DNA from: Deltaproteobacteria bacterium | GTDB lineage: Bacteria > Myxococcota_A > Polyangia > Polyangiales > Houyiibacteriaceae | Direction: 5' to 3' | Assembly (NCBI GenBank): GCA_034670305.1 | Contig: JAXMNT010000037.1 | Coordinates: 14,308 to 78,307 of the forward strand | DNA: 64,000 nt | In this document: one piece after another, positions 50,915-62,195 of the stretch | Position numbering within the stretch: position 1 is the stretch's first letter | Layout of the letters: each line of letters begins with the position of its first letter | Made by a program: the position numbers and the translations under genes | Notes under the pieces: model-generated | Told to the model about the DNA's origin: nothing | Seen by the model: only the letters and a program-made list of their open reading frames with translations | Database searches by the model: none

Positions 50915-52495
50915 ATGCTGTCCGGCCCATCGCGCTTCTCGACCGCGCTCTTCGGACTCGTGCTGGTCTTGGTGCTGTTCGGACTCGGGTTCCGCATCGC
51001 GCCACTGCTCGACGACGGTGGCCGACGCATGGCCATGTGGCCCACCGAAGACGGCTACTTCATGCTCACGATGGGCCGCAACGTCGGGCTCGGGCGGGGT
51101 CTGAGCGTTGCGGGCGGCGAGATGCCGACCAACGGCACGCAACCGCTGACCACGTTCGTCTGGGCGGCCGGCTACGCACTCGTCGGACCGGCACGCGAAG
51201 CCGGCGTCTTCTTCGCGCTCGTGCTGCAGGTGATCGCGTCGGCCATCGCCGCGTTCGCCCTCTTCGCACTCGGCAAACGCGTGTTCCGGGGCCGCGAGGA
51301 CGCGACGGGACGCGCTGCGTTGGCTGCTGGCGTGTGGTTCGCTTCTCCAGTCGCCATGCCCCACACGATGAACTGCCTCGAGACCGGCTTCTACGGCATG
51401 ATGGTCGTCTTCGTCTCGCTCGCGCTGCTCGCGGGCGAAGGGACGCGCGCGCTGTGGTCGTGGAGGCGCACGGTGCTGTTCGGCGGGTTGCTCGGCGTGG
51501 CGTTCTGGGTGCGCAACGACTCCGCCTTTCTCATCGCGGCGTGTTGCCTGGCCTACTTGTGGCCGGCGATCGCGAACCCTGAGGAACGCAAAGCACGGCT
51601 GAGCCGGGTGTTCGCATTCGGTGCGACCTCCGTCGCGGTGGCGTCTCCCTGGCTCATCTACAACTACACCGGCTTCGGCAGCGTGATGCCGGTCAGTGGC
51701 CGCGCCGAAGCGCTCACCGGCCACCTCAACATCGCGGGCGTCCCAGTGGTGATCGCGGAGTACCTCATGGGGTTTCTTCCGATTCCCCACGCCATCAGCG
51801 ATCACCCCGCGGTGCAGGCGGGCGCCGCGCTGCTCGTCGTCGGCGTGGCGGTGATGCTGTTCCTGAAGCGCTCGTCGATGCGGCCAACGGAGCGCACGTT
51901 GCTTCTCGTCGGCGCGGTCTACGTCGGACTGATGGCATTCTTCTACGGGGTGTACTTCGGCGCGCCGTGGTTCCTCGCGCGCTACTTCTTGCCGACCTCG
52001 CCGCTCCTCGCACTCGTGTTTGCGAGCGCCGTGTTCGTGGGCGTGCAGTGGCTGTCCGAACGCGCCCCTTCGGTGGCCCGCGTGGGGCGGGTCGGACTCT
52101 CGGTCGCGATGCTCGGTGTCATCGTGTTTCTCAGCGTCCGCCAGTACCGACAGGGCCACACCCATCCGCACTTCCACGTGGTGCAGTGGGTCGAGGACCA
52201 CGTCCCCGAAGACACCTGGGTGGGCGCGGTCCAGACCGGGACCCTCGGCTTCTTTCACGACCGCACGATCAACCTCGACGGCAAAGTGAACCTCGCCGCG
52301 TTCGAAGCCCTCGTGGCTGGCCGCGAAGGCGAGTACGTGGTCGAGGACACCGAGATCGAATACCTGGTCGACTGGATCGGCATGCGCGATTGGATGGACA
52401 AACCCGCCATCGCGGAGAACTTCGAGATTCTCGTCCAGGACGAGGCAGAGAACCTGGGTGTGCTGCGTAGAAAACCCCCCGCTCCCTCCGAGTGA
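50915..52495 (+). CDS. Multi-TM GT-C-fold (ArnT/PMT-like) glycosyltransferase
   Basis: EDGYFML in the first loop, TNG.QPL, NCLET, VRND, about 11 TM helices, NLDGKVN. Confidence 0.7.
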   Translation: MLSGPSRFSTALFGLVLVLVLFGLGFRIAPLLDDGGRRMAMWPTEDGYFMLTMGRNVGLGRGLSVAGGEMPTNGTQPLTTFVWAAGYALVGPAREAGVFFALVLQVIASAIAAFALFALGKRVFRGREDATGRAALAAGVWFASPVAMPHTMNCLETGFYGMMVVFVSLALLAGEGTRALWSWRRTVLFGGLLGVAFWVRNDSAFLIAACCLAYLWPAIANPEERKARLSRVFAFGATSVAVASPWLIYNYTGFGSVMPVSGRAEALTGHLNIAGVPVVIAEYLMGFLPIPHAISDHPAVQAGAALLVVGVAVMLFLKRSSMRPTERTLLLVGAVYVGLMAFFYGVYFGAPWFLARYFLPTSPLLALVFASAVFVGVQWLSERAPSVARVGRVGLSVAMLGVIVFLSVRQYRQGHTHPHFHVVQWVEDHVPEDTWVGAVQTGTLGFFHDRTINLDGKVNLAAFEALVAGREGEYVVEDTEIEYLVDWIGMRDWMDKPAIAENFEILVQDEAENLGVLRRKPPAPSE

Positions 52496-52529
52496 ACCGA
52501 CCTGCTTTTGAAAGTAGGCTCTGCGGCCC

Positions 52530-52603
52530 GACAGACCCTGCGTTTCGGACAGCCAACACTGAGTTTTGGCAACACTGCGTTTCGAGAAGAGAGCACTCCG
52601 TTC
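52530..52603. repeat. Degenerate units of the 21-bp ACTGCGTTTC family
   Basis: CCCTGCGTTTCG, ACACTGAGTTTT, ACACTGCGTTTCG, GCACTCCGTTC. Confidence 0.55.
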
Positions 52604-52604
52604 G

Positions 52605-53627
52605 ATGAAACTGACCACCATCCTCCTCAACTGGCGCACGCCCGACATGACCATGAAGGCGGCGGAAGCCGCGCTTCGTGAACTGCCCAGCGTCTCGGGC
52701 ACCTGGAACGTCGTCATCGTCGACAACCACTCGCGCGACGGAAGCGAAGAAGTGCTGCGCAACGCGCTCGCGGAGCGGCTTAAGGCGGACGATGGGCTGC
52801 AATGGGACCGAGTCGAACTCGTGCAGTCCGGCCACAACGGCGGCTTCGGCGCCGGCAACAACTTCGCGATGCGCCGCGCGCTCCGCTCCGACGATCCGCC
52901 GGAGTACTTCTACATCCTCAACTCGGACGCGTTCCCGGACCCCGATTCGATCCGTCTGCTCGTCGAGTACCTCGATACGCACGCGGAGGTCGGCATCGTC
53001 GGCAGCTACATTCACGGCGTCGATGGCGAACCCCACGTCACCGCGTTCCGGTTCCCCTCCGTGCAGTCCGAGATCGAGGGGTCGCTTCGGCTCGGGGTCG
53101 TGTCGCGGGCCCTCGACGATCACGTCGTGCCGATCGGCATTCCCGAGTCGACGCGCGAGGTCGACTGGTTGGCCGGCGCGAGCATGATGATCCGCCGCAG
53201 CGTGCTCGAGCAGATCGGGCTGTTCGACGAGTCGTTCTTCCTCTACTTCGAGGAGACCGATCTCTGCCACCGCGCCCGCGGCGCCGGGTGGAAGATCGTC
53301 TACGTCAGAGAGAGCTCGGTCGCCCATGTCGGCTCGGCGTCGACCGGCATGAAGACCTGGAAGAAGGTGCCGGAGTACTGGTTCGACAGCCGCCGTCACT
53401 ACTTCCTCAAGAACCATGGCCCGGCGTACACGCTCGCCGCGACCACCAGCCGGGTGCTCGGGAGTGCGGTGTGGCAGGTGCGGCGCAGGCTCCAGTCGAA
53501 AGCCGACGAAGACCCGCCCGGGTTTCTACCTGGGCTTCTCCGCCACAGCTCGAAACATGCGCTCTTGCGCTTCTTCGGGGGGGTGCGACGGGCGGTCGCG
53601 CCACCGAGCGACGATGACCAGAACTGA
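52605..53627 (+). CDS. Glycosyltransferase family 2 (WbbL/rhamnosyltransferase-like)
   Basis: VDNHSRDGS, NGGFGAGNN, LNSDA, DWLAGASM, FDESFFLYFEETDLC. Confidence 0.92.
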   Translation: MKLTTILLNWRTPDMTMKAAEAALRELPSVSGTWNVVIVDNHSRDGSEEVLRNALAERLKADDGLQWDRVELVQSGHNGGFGAGNNFAMRRALRSDDPPEYFYILNSDAFPDPDSIRLLVEYLDTHAEVGIVGSYIHGVDGEPHVTAFRFPSVQSEIEGSLRLGVVSRALDDHVVPIGIPESTREVDWLAGASMMIRRSVLEQIGLFDESFFLYFEETDLCHRARGAGWKIVYVRESSVAHVGSASTGMKTWKKVPEYWFDSRRHYFLKNHGPAYTLAATTSRVLGSAVWQVRRRLQSKADEDPPGFLPGLLRHSSKHALLRFFGGVRRAVAPPSDDDQN

Positions 53628-53633
53628 ACCGAC

Positions 53634-54542
53634 ATGCGCGAGGTGGTCGCGATGAAAGAGATGACCCCTGAGGAGTGCGCGGCCGCCGAACGGGCGTTGA
53701 CCGGTCCGGTCGGCGGAGCGCTCGCGCAGGCGATGTTCGAGCGGGCGCTCGGACGCGTTCCCGTTGACGAAGACGGCGTCGCGGCGGCTGGCCGGCTCGG
53801 CTGGATCGACGCGCAGCTCGAGTTCACGCCCCTAGGCGCGCTGGTGAAAGACCCGCTCCGCGAGTTCGGGTTCTGGCGCGAGCGCGGGGGCAAACTTCCG
53901 AGCGAACACTTGGCCAAAGCCCTGGCCGGTCCGCGCTACGCGTTCAAACGCGTGCTCGAGGTCGGGTGTGGCGGCGGCTGCAACCTGCTCTCGCTTCAGA
54001 TGCTCACGACCCCGCCCTCGCGGATCGCGGGCGTCGAGCCGATGCCGGTCTACGTGCAGATGGCGTCCATGCTTGCGCGGGTGGCCGGACTCGAACCGCC
54101 CGAGATCGTCCGCGGCAGCGCCGAGTCCCTCTCGTTCGGCGACGGCTCGTTCGACGTGCTCCTCTGCTACTCGTCGCATCAGTACATGGACGTTGATCGT
54201 TCGCTTCACGAGATGGCCCGCGTGCTCTCGCCCGGGGGCGAGCTGATCGTGGTCGGCAACAGCCTCGTGCCCTTCGCGGTCGAGTCGGCCGAACGCTTCG
54301 CGCGGTCGCGGGATGCCAGCACACTGCGCAGCGACGTCAAAGCCGTGGCCAACACCCTCTCGTACCAACTTCGCGGTCGTCGCATCCGCCGAGGCCGCAA
54401 GACGAGCACCACCGGCGCACCGATCTACCCGACCCTCGGGCACATGCGCCGCCGGATGCGCGGGGCCGGCTTCGTCCTCAGCGCGCACGGCACCCAGGGC
54501 CTGCCCACCCGCGAAACCGTCTTCGTCGCGATCAAACGCTGA
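53634..54542 (+). CDS. Class I SAM-dependent methyltransferase
   Basis: VLEVGCGGG, GSAESLSFGDGSFDV, EMARVLSPGG. Confidence 0.85.
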   Translation: MREVVAMKEMTPEECAAAERALTGPVGGALAQAMFERALGRVPVDEDGVAAAGRLGWIDAQLEFTPLGALVKDPLREFGFWRERGGKLPSEHLAKALAGPRYAFKRVLEVGCGGGCNLLSLQMLTTPPSRIAGVEPMPVYVQMASMLARVAGLEPPEIVRGSAESLSFGDGSFDVLLCYSSHQYMDVDRSLHEMARVLSPGGELIVVGNSLVPFAVESAERFARSRDASTLRSDVKAVANTLSYQLRGRRIRRGRKTSTTGAPIYPTLGHMRRRMRGAGFVLSAHGTQGLPTRETVFVAIKR

Positions 54543-54598
54543 CGGCTCGGCCTCGGCCTCGGCATCGGCTTCGGCGTTCGGCATCGGCGTTCGGCGTC
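54543..54598 (-). repeat. Short (GCCGAN)n tract on the minus strand
   Basis: About 9 TCGGCN units immediately after the stop at 54542. Confidence 0.85.
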
Positions 54599-54659
54599 GA
54601 GATTCAGGAGAGGCTTCAGCAGGCGACGGCTTCCCACGCGTTTTGGTACCGTGCCCCTC

Positions 54660-55964
54660 ATGATCCGACTGGGCTGGATGTGGTTGGCAGCGCTTGCATG
54701 CACGGGCTGCGACGGATGTGAGACGCCACCCGACGAAGGCACGTCGGGGGTCGAGAACGAAACGGAATCCGTCGAGCAACCCGCGGAGGCACCCGAAGCA
54801 GAGCCGTCGGAGGTCGCCGCGGAAGCGGGTGCCGCACCCGAGGTCCGGCCGCCGCCTGCACCCGCGACGGATGCGCAGCAAGCGCAGGCCGCCGAAGCGC
54901 TCCGTCTGTTGCAGAGCGGCCGCGTGCACAGCCGGGCCGAGCGATGGGATGCCGCGGTCACCGAACTGGCGAGCTCCGCCGAAGCCCACGAGACCGCCAG
55001 TGCACGGTGCGAACTCGGCTGGGCGCTCTACCACGCGGGCCAGCTCGAGCGCGCACGTGCGGAGCTCGCACGCGGGGTCGATCTCTTGCGCGTGGCGGCA
55101 GCACGCCGACCGCGCGATCGACGCACCCTCGGCGCGTGTCTCTACAACCTAGGCCGCGTCGCGGAGGAGTCGGACGCATCGTCGGCGGCTCGGTACTACC
55201 GCGAGTCGATCGAGGTACGACCCAACGACACGGTCGCGGCCCGACTCGCCGCGCTGGACGCACCTGCGCCCGCACCACGCGCCGGCGCGTGCGAACCGGT
55301 GGACTGCCACGGGCCGTATCCCGGGCCTCAGGCGCTGGACCGGGACCGATTCGAAGCGGTGGTGCGCGAAGCGTTTGATCAAGACGGCCGCGACGAGGTG
55401 CAACTGATCACGCCGCCGCGCGTGACTGGTGAACTGGAGACGGCGTTGGCGATCGCCGAGAGCGGGTCCATCGGGGTGCTGGGCGTGCGCACCAACGACA
55501 CCTGGTACGTCTGTCCCCTGACCGAATTCGGCGGCAGCACCGATGTCGGGGACATGGTTCGCGCCCACCAGTGGATCCCGGGCGGACGCCCAGAGCTGAC
55601 CGTGGACGTCGACCTCTCGTGGAACGGATACGAGGACGGCATCAGCAACCAGATGGGCCAGATCCATCGAGTCTTCGTCGGGTGGGCGGACGACTGGCCG
55701 GTCGTGTACGGATCGATCGTGGTCGCGGACTACTACCGCGACGGCAGGTGGAGCGACTGCCACTGCGGCGTGGACATCGAGAACGGTGGGTGCTGCGATG
55801 GCTTCGAGCCCATCGAACGCACCACCACGTGGACGCTCCGGACGGAACCGGACGGGCGGGTCCATGCGGAGCCGTCGAATGCGGAGGGCACGGCCGGTAC
55901 CTACGACCTGCGCCGACTCTGCGAACACCCGCGCGCGTCGATGTACGGCGGGCCGGAGAACTGA
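54660..55964 (+). CDS. TPR-containing lipoprotein, paralog 1
   Basis: CTGCDGC signal end; [26 protein letters not shown]; Cys-containing beta-rich C-terminus. Confidence 0.8.
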   Translation: MIRLGWMWLAALACTGCDGCETPPDEGTSGVENETESVEQPAEAPEAEPSEVAAEAGAAPEVRPPPAPATDAQQAQAAEALRLLQSGRVHSRAERWDAAVTELASSAEAHETASARCELGWALYHAGQLERARAELARGVDLLRVAAARRPRDRRTLGACLYNLGRVAEESDASSAARYYRESIEVRPNDTVAARLAALDAPAPAPRAGACEPVDCHGPYPGPQALDRDRFEAVVREAFDQDGRDEVQLITPPRVTGELETALAIAESGSIGVLGVRTNDTWYVCPLTEFGGSTDVGDMVRAHQWIPGGRPELTVDVDLSWNGYEDGISNQMGQIHRVFVGWADDWPVVYGSIVVADYYRDGRWSDCHCGVDIENGGCCDGFEPIERTTTWTLRTEPDGRVHAEPSNAEGTAGTYDLRRLCEHPRASMYGGPEN

Positions 55965-55996
55965 GTTCGGCCGGTGCTGGTGCTGGTGGCGATCCC

Positions 55997-56246
<250 letters not shown>

Positions 56247-56286
56247 CGCGTTGTGCCCGCCTTCCTGCGGCCGGTACAGTTCCGAG

Positions 56287-57585
56287 ATGAAGCGGCCATC
56301 GCATCAACTTCTGGTGGCTTGCATCCTGAGCTTTGCGATGGGGTGCGATGGGTGCGGGGAGGCTTCGTCGCCACGGGTCGAGCCTGAAGCGACGGCCACT
56401 CCCCAGCCGAGTGCGCCCGTCGAACCGGAGACCGAAGCCGAAGCCCACCCGGGCGCGCCGCCGGAGATTCGGGCGCGGCCCGCGCTGACCGAATCGGAGC
56501 GCGCGAAGGTCGCCGAGTCGAGGCGCGCGCTTCAAGCGGGCCGCGAGCTCAGTCATGCGCAACGGTGGTCGGACGCAGTGGCTCGGTTCACCACGTCGAT
56601 CGGCGCGAGCGAGAGTGCGAGCGCGCGGTGCGAGCTCGGGTGGGCGCACTATCAGCTCGGACAGTTCGAGGAGGCGCGCGTGCAGCTCGAACGCGGCGTG
56701 CACCTGCTCCGCAACGCGGTGCATCGAGCGCGCGGGCGGCAGACGAATCGGCCGTCGACGCTCGGTGCGTGTCTCTACAACCTCGGGCGCGTGGCGGAGG
56801 AGAGCGACGTGCCGGCGGCGGCGGCGTACTACCGAGAGTCGATCGCGGTCCGCCCGAACACCACGGTCTCAGCCCGCCTGGAGGCGCTCGATGCGCCAGA
56901 GTCGGAAGTGACAGCGGGCTGCGAACCGGAGGTGTGCGACGGCCCGTACCCAAGCCTCGAGGCGGCGCTCGACGACCAGACGATTCCGGCCGACCCGGAC
57001 GACCCCGACTCCGGGGAGACAACCTTCAGTGCCGAGACGCCCGTCACCCTCGGCGCGCTGGAACTCGCACAAGTGGATTCGGACGCTGGGCACCAGTACC
57101 TGGCGATCGGGACCGGGGCGAGGTGGTTCGTTTGCCCGATCGAAGAGCCGTCCGACTTCAGCGACACCGCGGTGCGGGCTCCGACGGTGCATCAGTGGAT
57201 ACCGGGTGGCTTGCCCGAGGTCACCGTCGACGTGGAGTACTCGGAGATGGGCCACGAGGAGGGCATTTCGATCGGGCAGGGTCGGATCTACCGGGTGTTC
57301 GTTGGATGGTCGGAAGACCGACCGGTCGTGCTCGGCGGCATTCAGGTGGCGGACTATTCCTACGACGGGATGTGGACCCACTGCGAAGGCTGCGAGCGTT
57401 TCGAGAACGGGGACTGTTGCGAACTCGAGGACATGTCCGAAGAGGTGCGGTGGACATTGCATGCGACGGGTGAAGGAAGGGTTCGCGCGGAGTCGTCCAA
57501 CCCCCAGTACGACACCGCTACGTATGATCTTCATCGGTTGCGCTGTGATCCGGAGCGGGATCTTCGGCGGCCCGAGGGGCGCTGA
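56287..57585 (+). CDS. TPR-containing lipoprotein, paralog 2
   Basis: MGCDGC signal end; same conserved blocks as paralog 1 (HQWIPGG.PE.TVDV, RVFVGW, VADY). Confidence 0.8.
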   Translation: MKRPSHQLLVACILSFAMGCDGCGEASSPRVEPEATATPQPSAPVEPETEAEAHPGAPPEIRARPALTESERAKVAESRRALQAGRELSHAQRWSDAVARFTTSIGASESASARCELGWAHYQLGQFEEARVQLERGVHLLRNAVHRARGRQTNRPSTLGACLYNLGRVAEESDVPAAAAYYRESIAVRPNTTVSARLEALDAPESEVTAGCEPEVCDGPYPSLEAALDDQTIPADPDDPDSGETTFSAETPVTLGALELAQVDSDAGHQYLAIGTGARWFVCPIEEPSDFSDTAVRAPTVHQWIPGGLPEVTVDVEYSEMGHEEGISIGQGRIYRVFVGWSEDRPVVLGGIQVADYSYDGMWTHCEGCERFENGDCCELEDMSEEVRWTLHATGEGRVRAESSNPQYDTATYDLHRLRCDPERDLRRPEGR

Positions 57586-57610
57586 TCGGTAGTCGAGTTG
57601 GTCGCGTCGG

Positions 57611-57833
<223 letters not shown>

Positions 57834-58073
57834 CCCTCATCCTCTGGTGGTGCGCCCCTCCTCGTGGAAGTTGGGTGCTGGCCCGATGGATGGTCCAGCG
57901 TAGCGGTCGGCGGGGCGGCGCCTCAAGGAGGCCTTCGGCCCGGCGCGATGCGCGCCGCTTCGCTGGCGCGCTTCGCGCTGGCTCGTCCTTGACCCGCCAC
58001 CCCACCGACCACTGGGGGCGCTGCGCGCCCTCGGGCGAGTTCACGCTCGCGGGGAAACACAGGTAGGTCAACG

Positions 58074-58385
58074 ATGCTGGTATTCGACAAGTCGCTTCTT
58101 CTTCTTTCACTTTTGGTTCGCGAGGTTCTGCCTCGCATTCGCGAGGCCTCGCTGAAGTCGCAGCTCCGGCGTGCGGCGCAGGCGGTGCCTTTGCTGATTG
58201 CGGAGTCGCGAAGCGCGCGGGGGGCGCGGAACCCGGACGGGTTCTCGCGCGCTCTTGGTGAGGCGCGTGAGGTGAAGGCGGCCCTGCAGGTGGCGGCGGT
58301 GATGGGGTACGTAGAGGCGGGGGAGGACGTCTACGACCTCGCGGACCACGTCTGCGCGATGCTGTTCAAGCTGAGTCGGACATAG
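58074..58385 (+). CDS. Four-helix-bundle protein (23S rRNA IVP-like family)
   Basis: L.SQLRRAA.AV.L.IAE and F..A.GE..EV.AAL pattern; 103 aa; AGGT upstream. Confidence 0.8.
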   Translation: MLVFDKSLLLLSLLVREVLPRIREASLKSQLRRAAQAVPLLIAESRSARGARNPDGFSRALGEAREVKAALQVAAVMGYVEAGEDVYDLADHVCAMLFKLSRT

Positions 58386-58454
58386 CGTCTTGAGCGGAGT
58401 GTCTCGCGGGACGCTCCGCTCGCCCTCGCTCTGAACCGGGCCGAGACCGGCGCG

Positions 58455-60098
58455 CTAGCGGGTGGCGCGGTAGCGTTCGTCTTTGAGCAGGGTCTCGGTC
58501 AGGGCGAGGAAGTCGAAGCCGCTGGACTCGAACTCGGTGTGGATTTCGGGGACCCACTCGAGCAGCTCTTCTTCGGTGAGGTCGCGGCCGAGGTAGTGGG
58601 TGGCGAGGTTGCGGACGGCGCAGGTGGTGACGCGGCGCTGTTCGCTCGGGTCGTCGACGAGGCCGGTTGGACCTTCTTCGAGAATCGCGGCCTCGGTGTC
58701 GGTCAACCACGCGCGGGCTTGCGGAAACCCGCGCCAGTCTTCGAGCGCGAGCGCGTGGCTGTTGTCGGCGGTGATGAAGTAGGTGTTGCAGAAGCTCGAG
58801 CAGCGCGGTCCGTCGCCGGTCTGGCAGGCTTCGCAATCGGTGCGCGCTTCGTTCATGGGCAGAAACTCCTCATCGAAGAAGCCGTAGGTGCTCGCGCCAC
58901 GCCATCGACCCCACGCTGCGGAGACGCGTTCGAGGGTGTCGTGACAACTTGCGCAGCCGGCGCGCTCGCGGAGGTTGGGGGGCGGGTCCGCTTCGAGCTC
59001 TTCCGGCAGCCCATCGGCGGGCGGGACGAAGGGCTCGCATCGGAACGCGCTGTAGAAGCGGTTGGCGCGGCCGCGGTTGCTCGCGAAGCGCATCAGGTAC
59101 CCGAAGGTCGTCAGCACGCCGGCGTGCCGGTCGGAACGCTCCACCACGCGCCACTCGTCGGCTTGCTGGAACGTGAGGTCCGGCATGGTCGACATCTCGG
59201 TCTTGTAGGTCACGCCGCCGCCTGAAGTCTCGGCTTCGACGCCCGTCATGTGGGTGTAGAAGTGCGTCGACGGACCGTTGACGAGCGTCTCGTTCGTCGT
59301 GAACGCCTCGAGGTAGCTGCGGCGGTTTCGAATGATGTGCTCGAAGAGCCGCGCTGGTTCGTCGGCGAGTGCTTCGCGCATCGCGCGCTCATGGGTGCTG
59401 TTCACCTGTGCGCACGCGCGGAGGTTGGCTCCGCAGCCGCAGTTGCGGTCCGCGTTGTAGCTCGAACACGAACGGCCATCGGTGCCGGTGCCGGTGTCGG
59501 GCTGCGCGTCGAATGCACAGACCTTGATGGGGGTGCTCGGATCCCAGTAGGGCCGGACCATCACGTAGCCTTCTTGCCGGCAGGTACCGCCGGTGCACTC
59601 CGGATCCGAGTAGGTGCGGATGGGAATCGGCCGACCGTCGGCGTCGAAGTTGGTCTGGAGCTGGTCCAGGCACTCCACGTCGCGTTCGCCGCGGTAGGTG
59701 TTGCGCGCGTTGCCCACGCGGTAGAGCTGGGTCCCCGAGATGCGACCGAGGCGTCGCTGGCCGGCCGCGAGCGCGGTCACCTCTTGCAGGTTGCCCCACA
59801 GCAGACCGCGGTGAAACCGGCGCACCTGGGCGAGGTGTTCGTCGGACTCGACGAGGCTGGCGACGAGCGCGTCGGTGACCTCGCCCTCGAGCGCTTCGTA
59901 CTCCGCGATGGTCGGTGGGCGACCGAGTAGGTCGAGCGAGATGCGGCGCAGCAGCCGATGCGGATCCGGGGTCTGCGAGGGCGCGCACTCGGCCGGCGTG
60001 TCGCCTTCGGCCTGGGCGTGCAGCGGCGCGCTGGCAGTGAAGCCGAGGATGGCGGCGAGCGCGGACAAGCGTGGGGCGCTCAGAAGACGGGTACGCAT
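58455..60098 (-). CDS. Secreted DUF1549/DUF1588/DUF1585-like protein with one CxxCH
   Basis: Signal peptide; LLRRISLDLLGRPPT..E, HAGVLTT..YL.RF..NR.RA, CASCH, YLGR. Confidence 0.75.
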   Translation of the reverse strand: MRTRLLSAPRLSALAAILGFTASAPLHAQAEGDTPAECAPSQTPDPHRLLRRISLDLLGRPPTIAEYEALEGEVTDALVASLVESDEHLAQVRRFHRGLLWGNLQEVTALAAGQRRLGRISGTQLYRVGNARNTYRGERDVECLDQLQTNFDADGRPIPIRTYSDPECTGGTCRQEGYVMVRPYWDPSTPIKVCAFDAQPDTGTGTDGRSCSSYNADRNCGCGANLRACAQVNSTHERAMREALADEPARLFEHIIRNRRSYLEAFTTNETLVNGPSTHFYTHMTGVEAETSGGGVTYKTEMSTMPDLTFQQADEWRVVERSDRHAGVLTTFGYLMRFASNRGRANRFYSAFRCEPFVPPADGLPEELEADPPPNLRERAGCASCHDTLERVSAAWGRWRGASTYGFFDEEFLPMNEARTDCEACQTGDGPRCSSFCNTYFITADNSHALALEDWRGFPQARAWLTDTEAAILEEGPTGLVDDPSEQRRVTTCAVRNLATHYLGRDLTEEELLEWVPEIHTEFESSGFDFLALTETLLKDERYRATR

Positions 60099-60099
60099 G

Positions 60100-61446
60100 T
60101 CAGGCCTCGATCCAGTTCAGGAGGGGCGCGGTGCGGAACGAGCCGTGGTCGAGCCCGGCCGAGGCCGCGATGGTGGCGCCGATGTGTTCCGGCTCGAGCA
60201 TGGTTCCATCCGAGTCCGGCAGGCCGGTGTCGAGGTTGGTCTTCTGCAGACCGAGCGCTTCGCTGGACGTGGCGCCGACGACGCCGCGCTTGAGTTTGCC
60301 GCCGAAGACCAGCACCGAGTTGGCGAACCAGTGGTCGCGCCCTCCGTTGCCGTTGATCCTCGGGGTGCGCGCGAACTCGCTGGTGACCACCACCGTCGTG
60401 CGTCGCAATCCGGGGTCCTCTTCCCGCAGATCGGTCAGCAGCGCGGCCACCGCGTCGAAGGTCTGTTTGAGTTTGGCCGGCTGCGTCGTCGCCCAGTTCC
60501 CGAAGTGGGTGTCCATGCCGACCTGGATCTGTGCGGTCACCGACCGGCTCAGGCCGGTGTGGAGCAGCTGGGCAGCGCTGGCTGCGACCAGGCCGGAGTT
60601 GTTCTGGTCGCTCCGGGGCGCGGTCGCCGGGAAGCCGTAGAGCGCGCGGACCGCGTCCATCTCTGGCGTGTCCGCGCCGAAGTCGAAGTAGCGCGCGACG
60701 TTCTCCCGCGCGAGCGCACGCACCCGGCGCCGGGCCTCGTCGAGCTGTGCAGCGGGCGGCCCACCGCGGTAGTGCGAGGCGACGCAGGTCTCGGTCTCGT
60801 CTTGGGCGGCGAGCAAGAGCGCTTCGATGTCGTCGGGGAGTACCGGACCGCGCGGTTCGAGCAAGCTGTGAAGGCCGGGCGCCCGAGACGCCCGCACGCC
60901 GGTGTAGTCGGCGGGGTGTCCGTCGTTGTAGCTCGGAAGCCCGATCGACACGTTCGGCATCACGAGCCCTTCGGTCAGCGGGCCGGCGGTGGAGAGCAGC
61001 GTGCCGAGGCTGCTGCCGCGCGCTTGGGTGCCGGCGGGACGGCGGAAGGTGTTCACGTAGGCGCGGCCTGCGGCGTGGGCCACGGTGTTCATGTTCACGC
61101 TGCGGAACACGGTGGCGAGCTCGTGGTGGCCCGCTTCGACCAGCGAGCGCATCGCCGCGCCCCAGAGCGTCGAGGTGCCGCCGACCGAGACCGGGATCGG
61201 ATCGCGGAACTCCGCTGGCAACGCGCCCGTGCCCAGATCGATGCCCGCATAGCTGCCGCCCGGGTCGCGTGCGTCCGGTCCGAGCAACACATCCCATCCA
61301 CCGTTGAGGTAGAGGTTCACGAAGCGCATCTCCTCGCCGGGGGCGGCGAGCAGCCGGCTCCCGAGACCGGTGAACGCACCGAGGCCGGTGAGCGCTCCGG
61401 CGCCCAGGGCACCTTTCAACCAACGTCGTCGTCGAATCTTCATCAT
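60100..61446 (-). CDS. DUF1501-family protein with a Tat signal
   Basis: RRRRWLK Tat motif, L.GGWD, DTH, VVVTSEFARTPRIN..GGRDHW. Confidence 0.85.
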   Translation of the reverse strand: MMKIRRRRWLKGALGAGALTGLGAFTGLGSRLLAAPGEEMRFVNLYLNGGWDVLLGPDARDPGGSYAGIDLGTGALPAEFRDPIPVSVGGTSTLWGAAMRSLVEAGHHELATVFRSVNMNTVAHAAGRAYVNTFRRPAGTQARGSSLGTLLSTAGPLTEGLVMPNVSIGLPSYNDGHPADYTGVRASRAPGLHSLLEPRGPVLPDDIEALLLAAQDETETCVASHYRGGPPAAQLDEARRRVRALARENVARYFDFGADTPEMDAVRALYGFPATAPRSDQNNSGLVAASAAQLLHTGLSRSVTAQIQVGMDTHFGNWATTQPAKLKQTFDAVAALLTDLREEDPGLRRTTVVVTSEFARTPRINGNGGRDHWFANSVLVFGGKLKRGVVGATSSEALGLQKTNLDTGLPDSDGTMLEPEHIGATIAASAGLDHGSFRTAPLLNWIEA

Positions 61447-61466
61447 GCGTCTCGTCGTCCGTTGGG

Positions 61467-62195
61467 TCAGTAGGTGAGAAAGTCGGGGTGGGTGGCCAAG
61501 CCGATGCAGACGGCTTCCCAGCGGCGCGCCATCTCGAGATCGGTGAGGGGTTCGGTCGCGTCTTCGGCACGCAAGGTCAGCACCCGCATCCAAGGCGCGA
61601 GCCGCGGGTCTTCGTCGTCGGTCACCCGCTCGCCGAGAAACCGAAGCAGCAGGTACTGCACGTTGCCGGCGAGCGCGGCGTCGTCGCGTTCGGCGAAGTC
61701 GATGTCCCGCAGCAGCACCCGGTCGCCTTCGGCGGCTCGGTCGGCGTCGATGGCGGCGCGGCAGGTGGCGCGCGCCGCGTCGCCGGCGAGTTTGTCGAAG
61801 GTCACGCTCAGCTCGCGGCCTTCGTCGGTGACCTCGACGTAGTCGGCGCGCCCGAGCGAACCAGCGAAGGTCTCGGCGTCCGACCAGCGCTGTCCGGTCG
61901 CGACTTCGAGCGAGGCGAAGAGCTGGTCGGCGGTGAGCCGCCGGATCCGCCGCGCGTCGTCGAGCTCCGCTGGACCGATCGGGTTGCGCTCGGTGGGCAC
62001 CACCGCTTCGCCCGGGTCGATGGGCGGCCGCTCGTCGGGGCCGGGTTCGATGTTGCCGGTGCACCCGAGCAGCGCGATCGCGACGAGTGCGAGCGCGATG
62101 CCGAGTAGGCTGCCGTCGGCTTCCTTCATGCAGCGCGCGTGGGCTGAACGAAGCGAGCCGACACCCGCGGTAGGCATCCGAGACTTGAGCTTCAT
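61467..62195 (-). CDS. Hypothetical lipoprotein of the DUF1501 operon
   Basis: LLG-C lipobox, RRLT..QL..SL..ATG, C-terminal W.AVC.GL.THPDF.TY; ATGA overlap. Confidence 0.7.
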   Translation of the reverse strand: MKLKSRMPTAGVGSLRSAHARCMKEADGSLLGIALALVAIALLGCTGNIEPGPDERPPIDPGEAVVPTERNPIGPAELDDARRIRRLTADQLFASLEVATGQRWSDAETFAGSLGRADYVEVTDEGRELSVTFDKLAGDAARATCRAAIDADRAAEGDRVLLRDIDFAERDDAALAGNVQYLLLRFLGERVTDDEDPRLAPWMRVLTLRAEDATEPLTDLEMARRWEAVCIGLATHPDFLTY

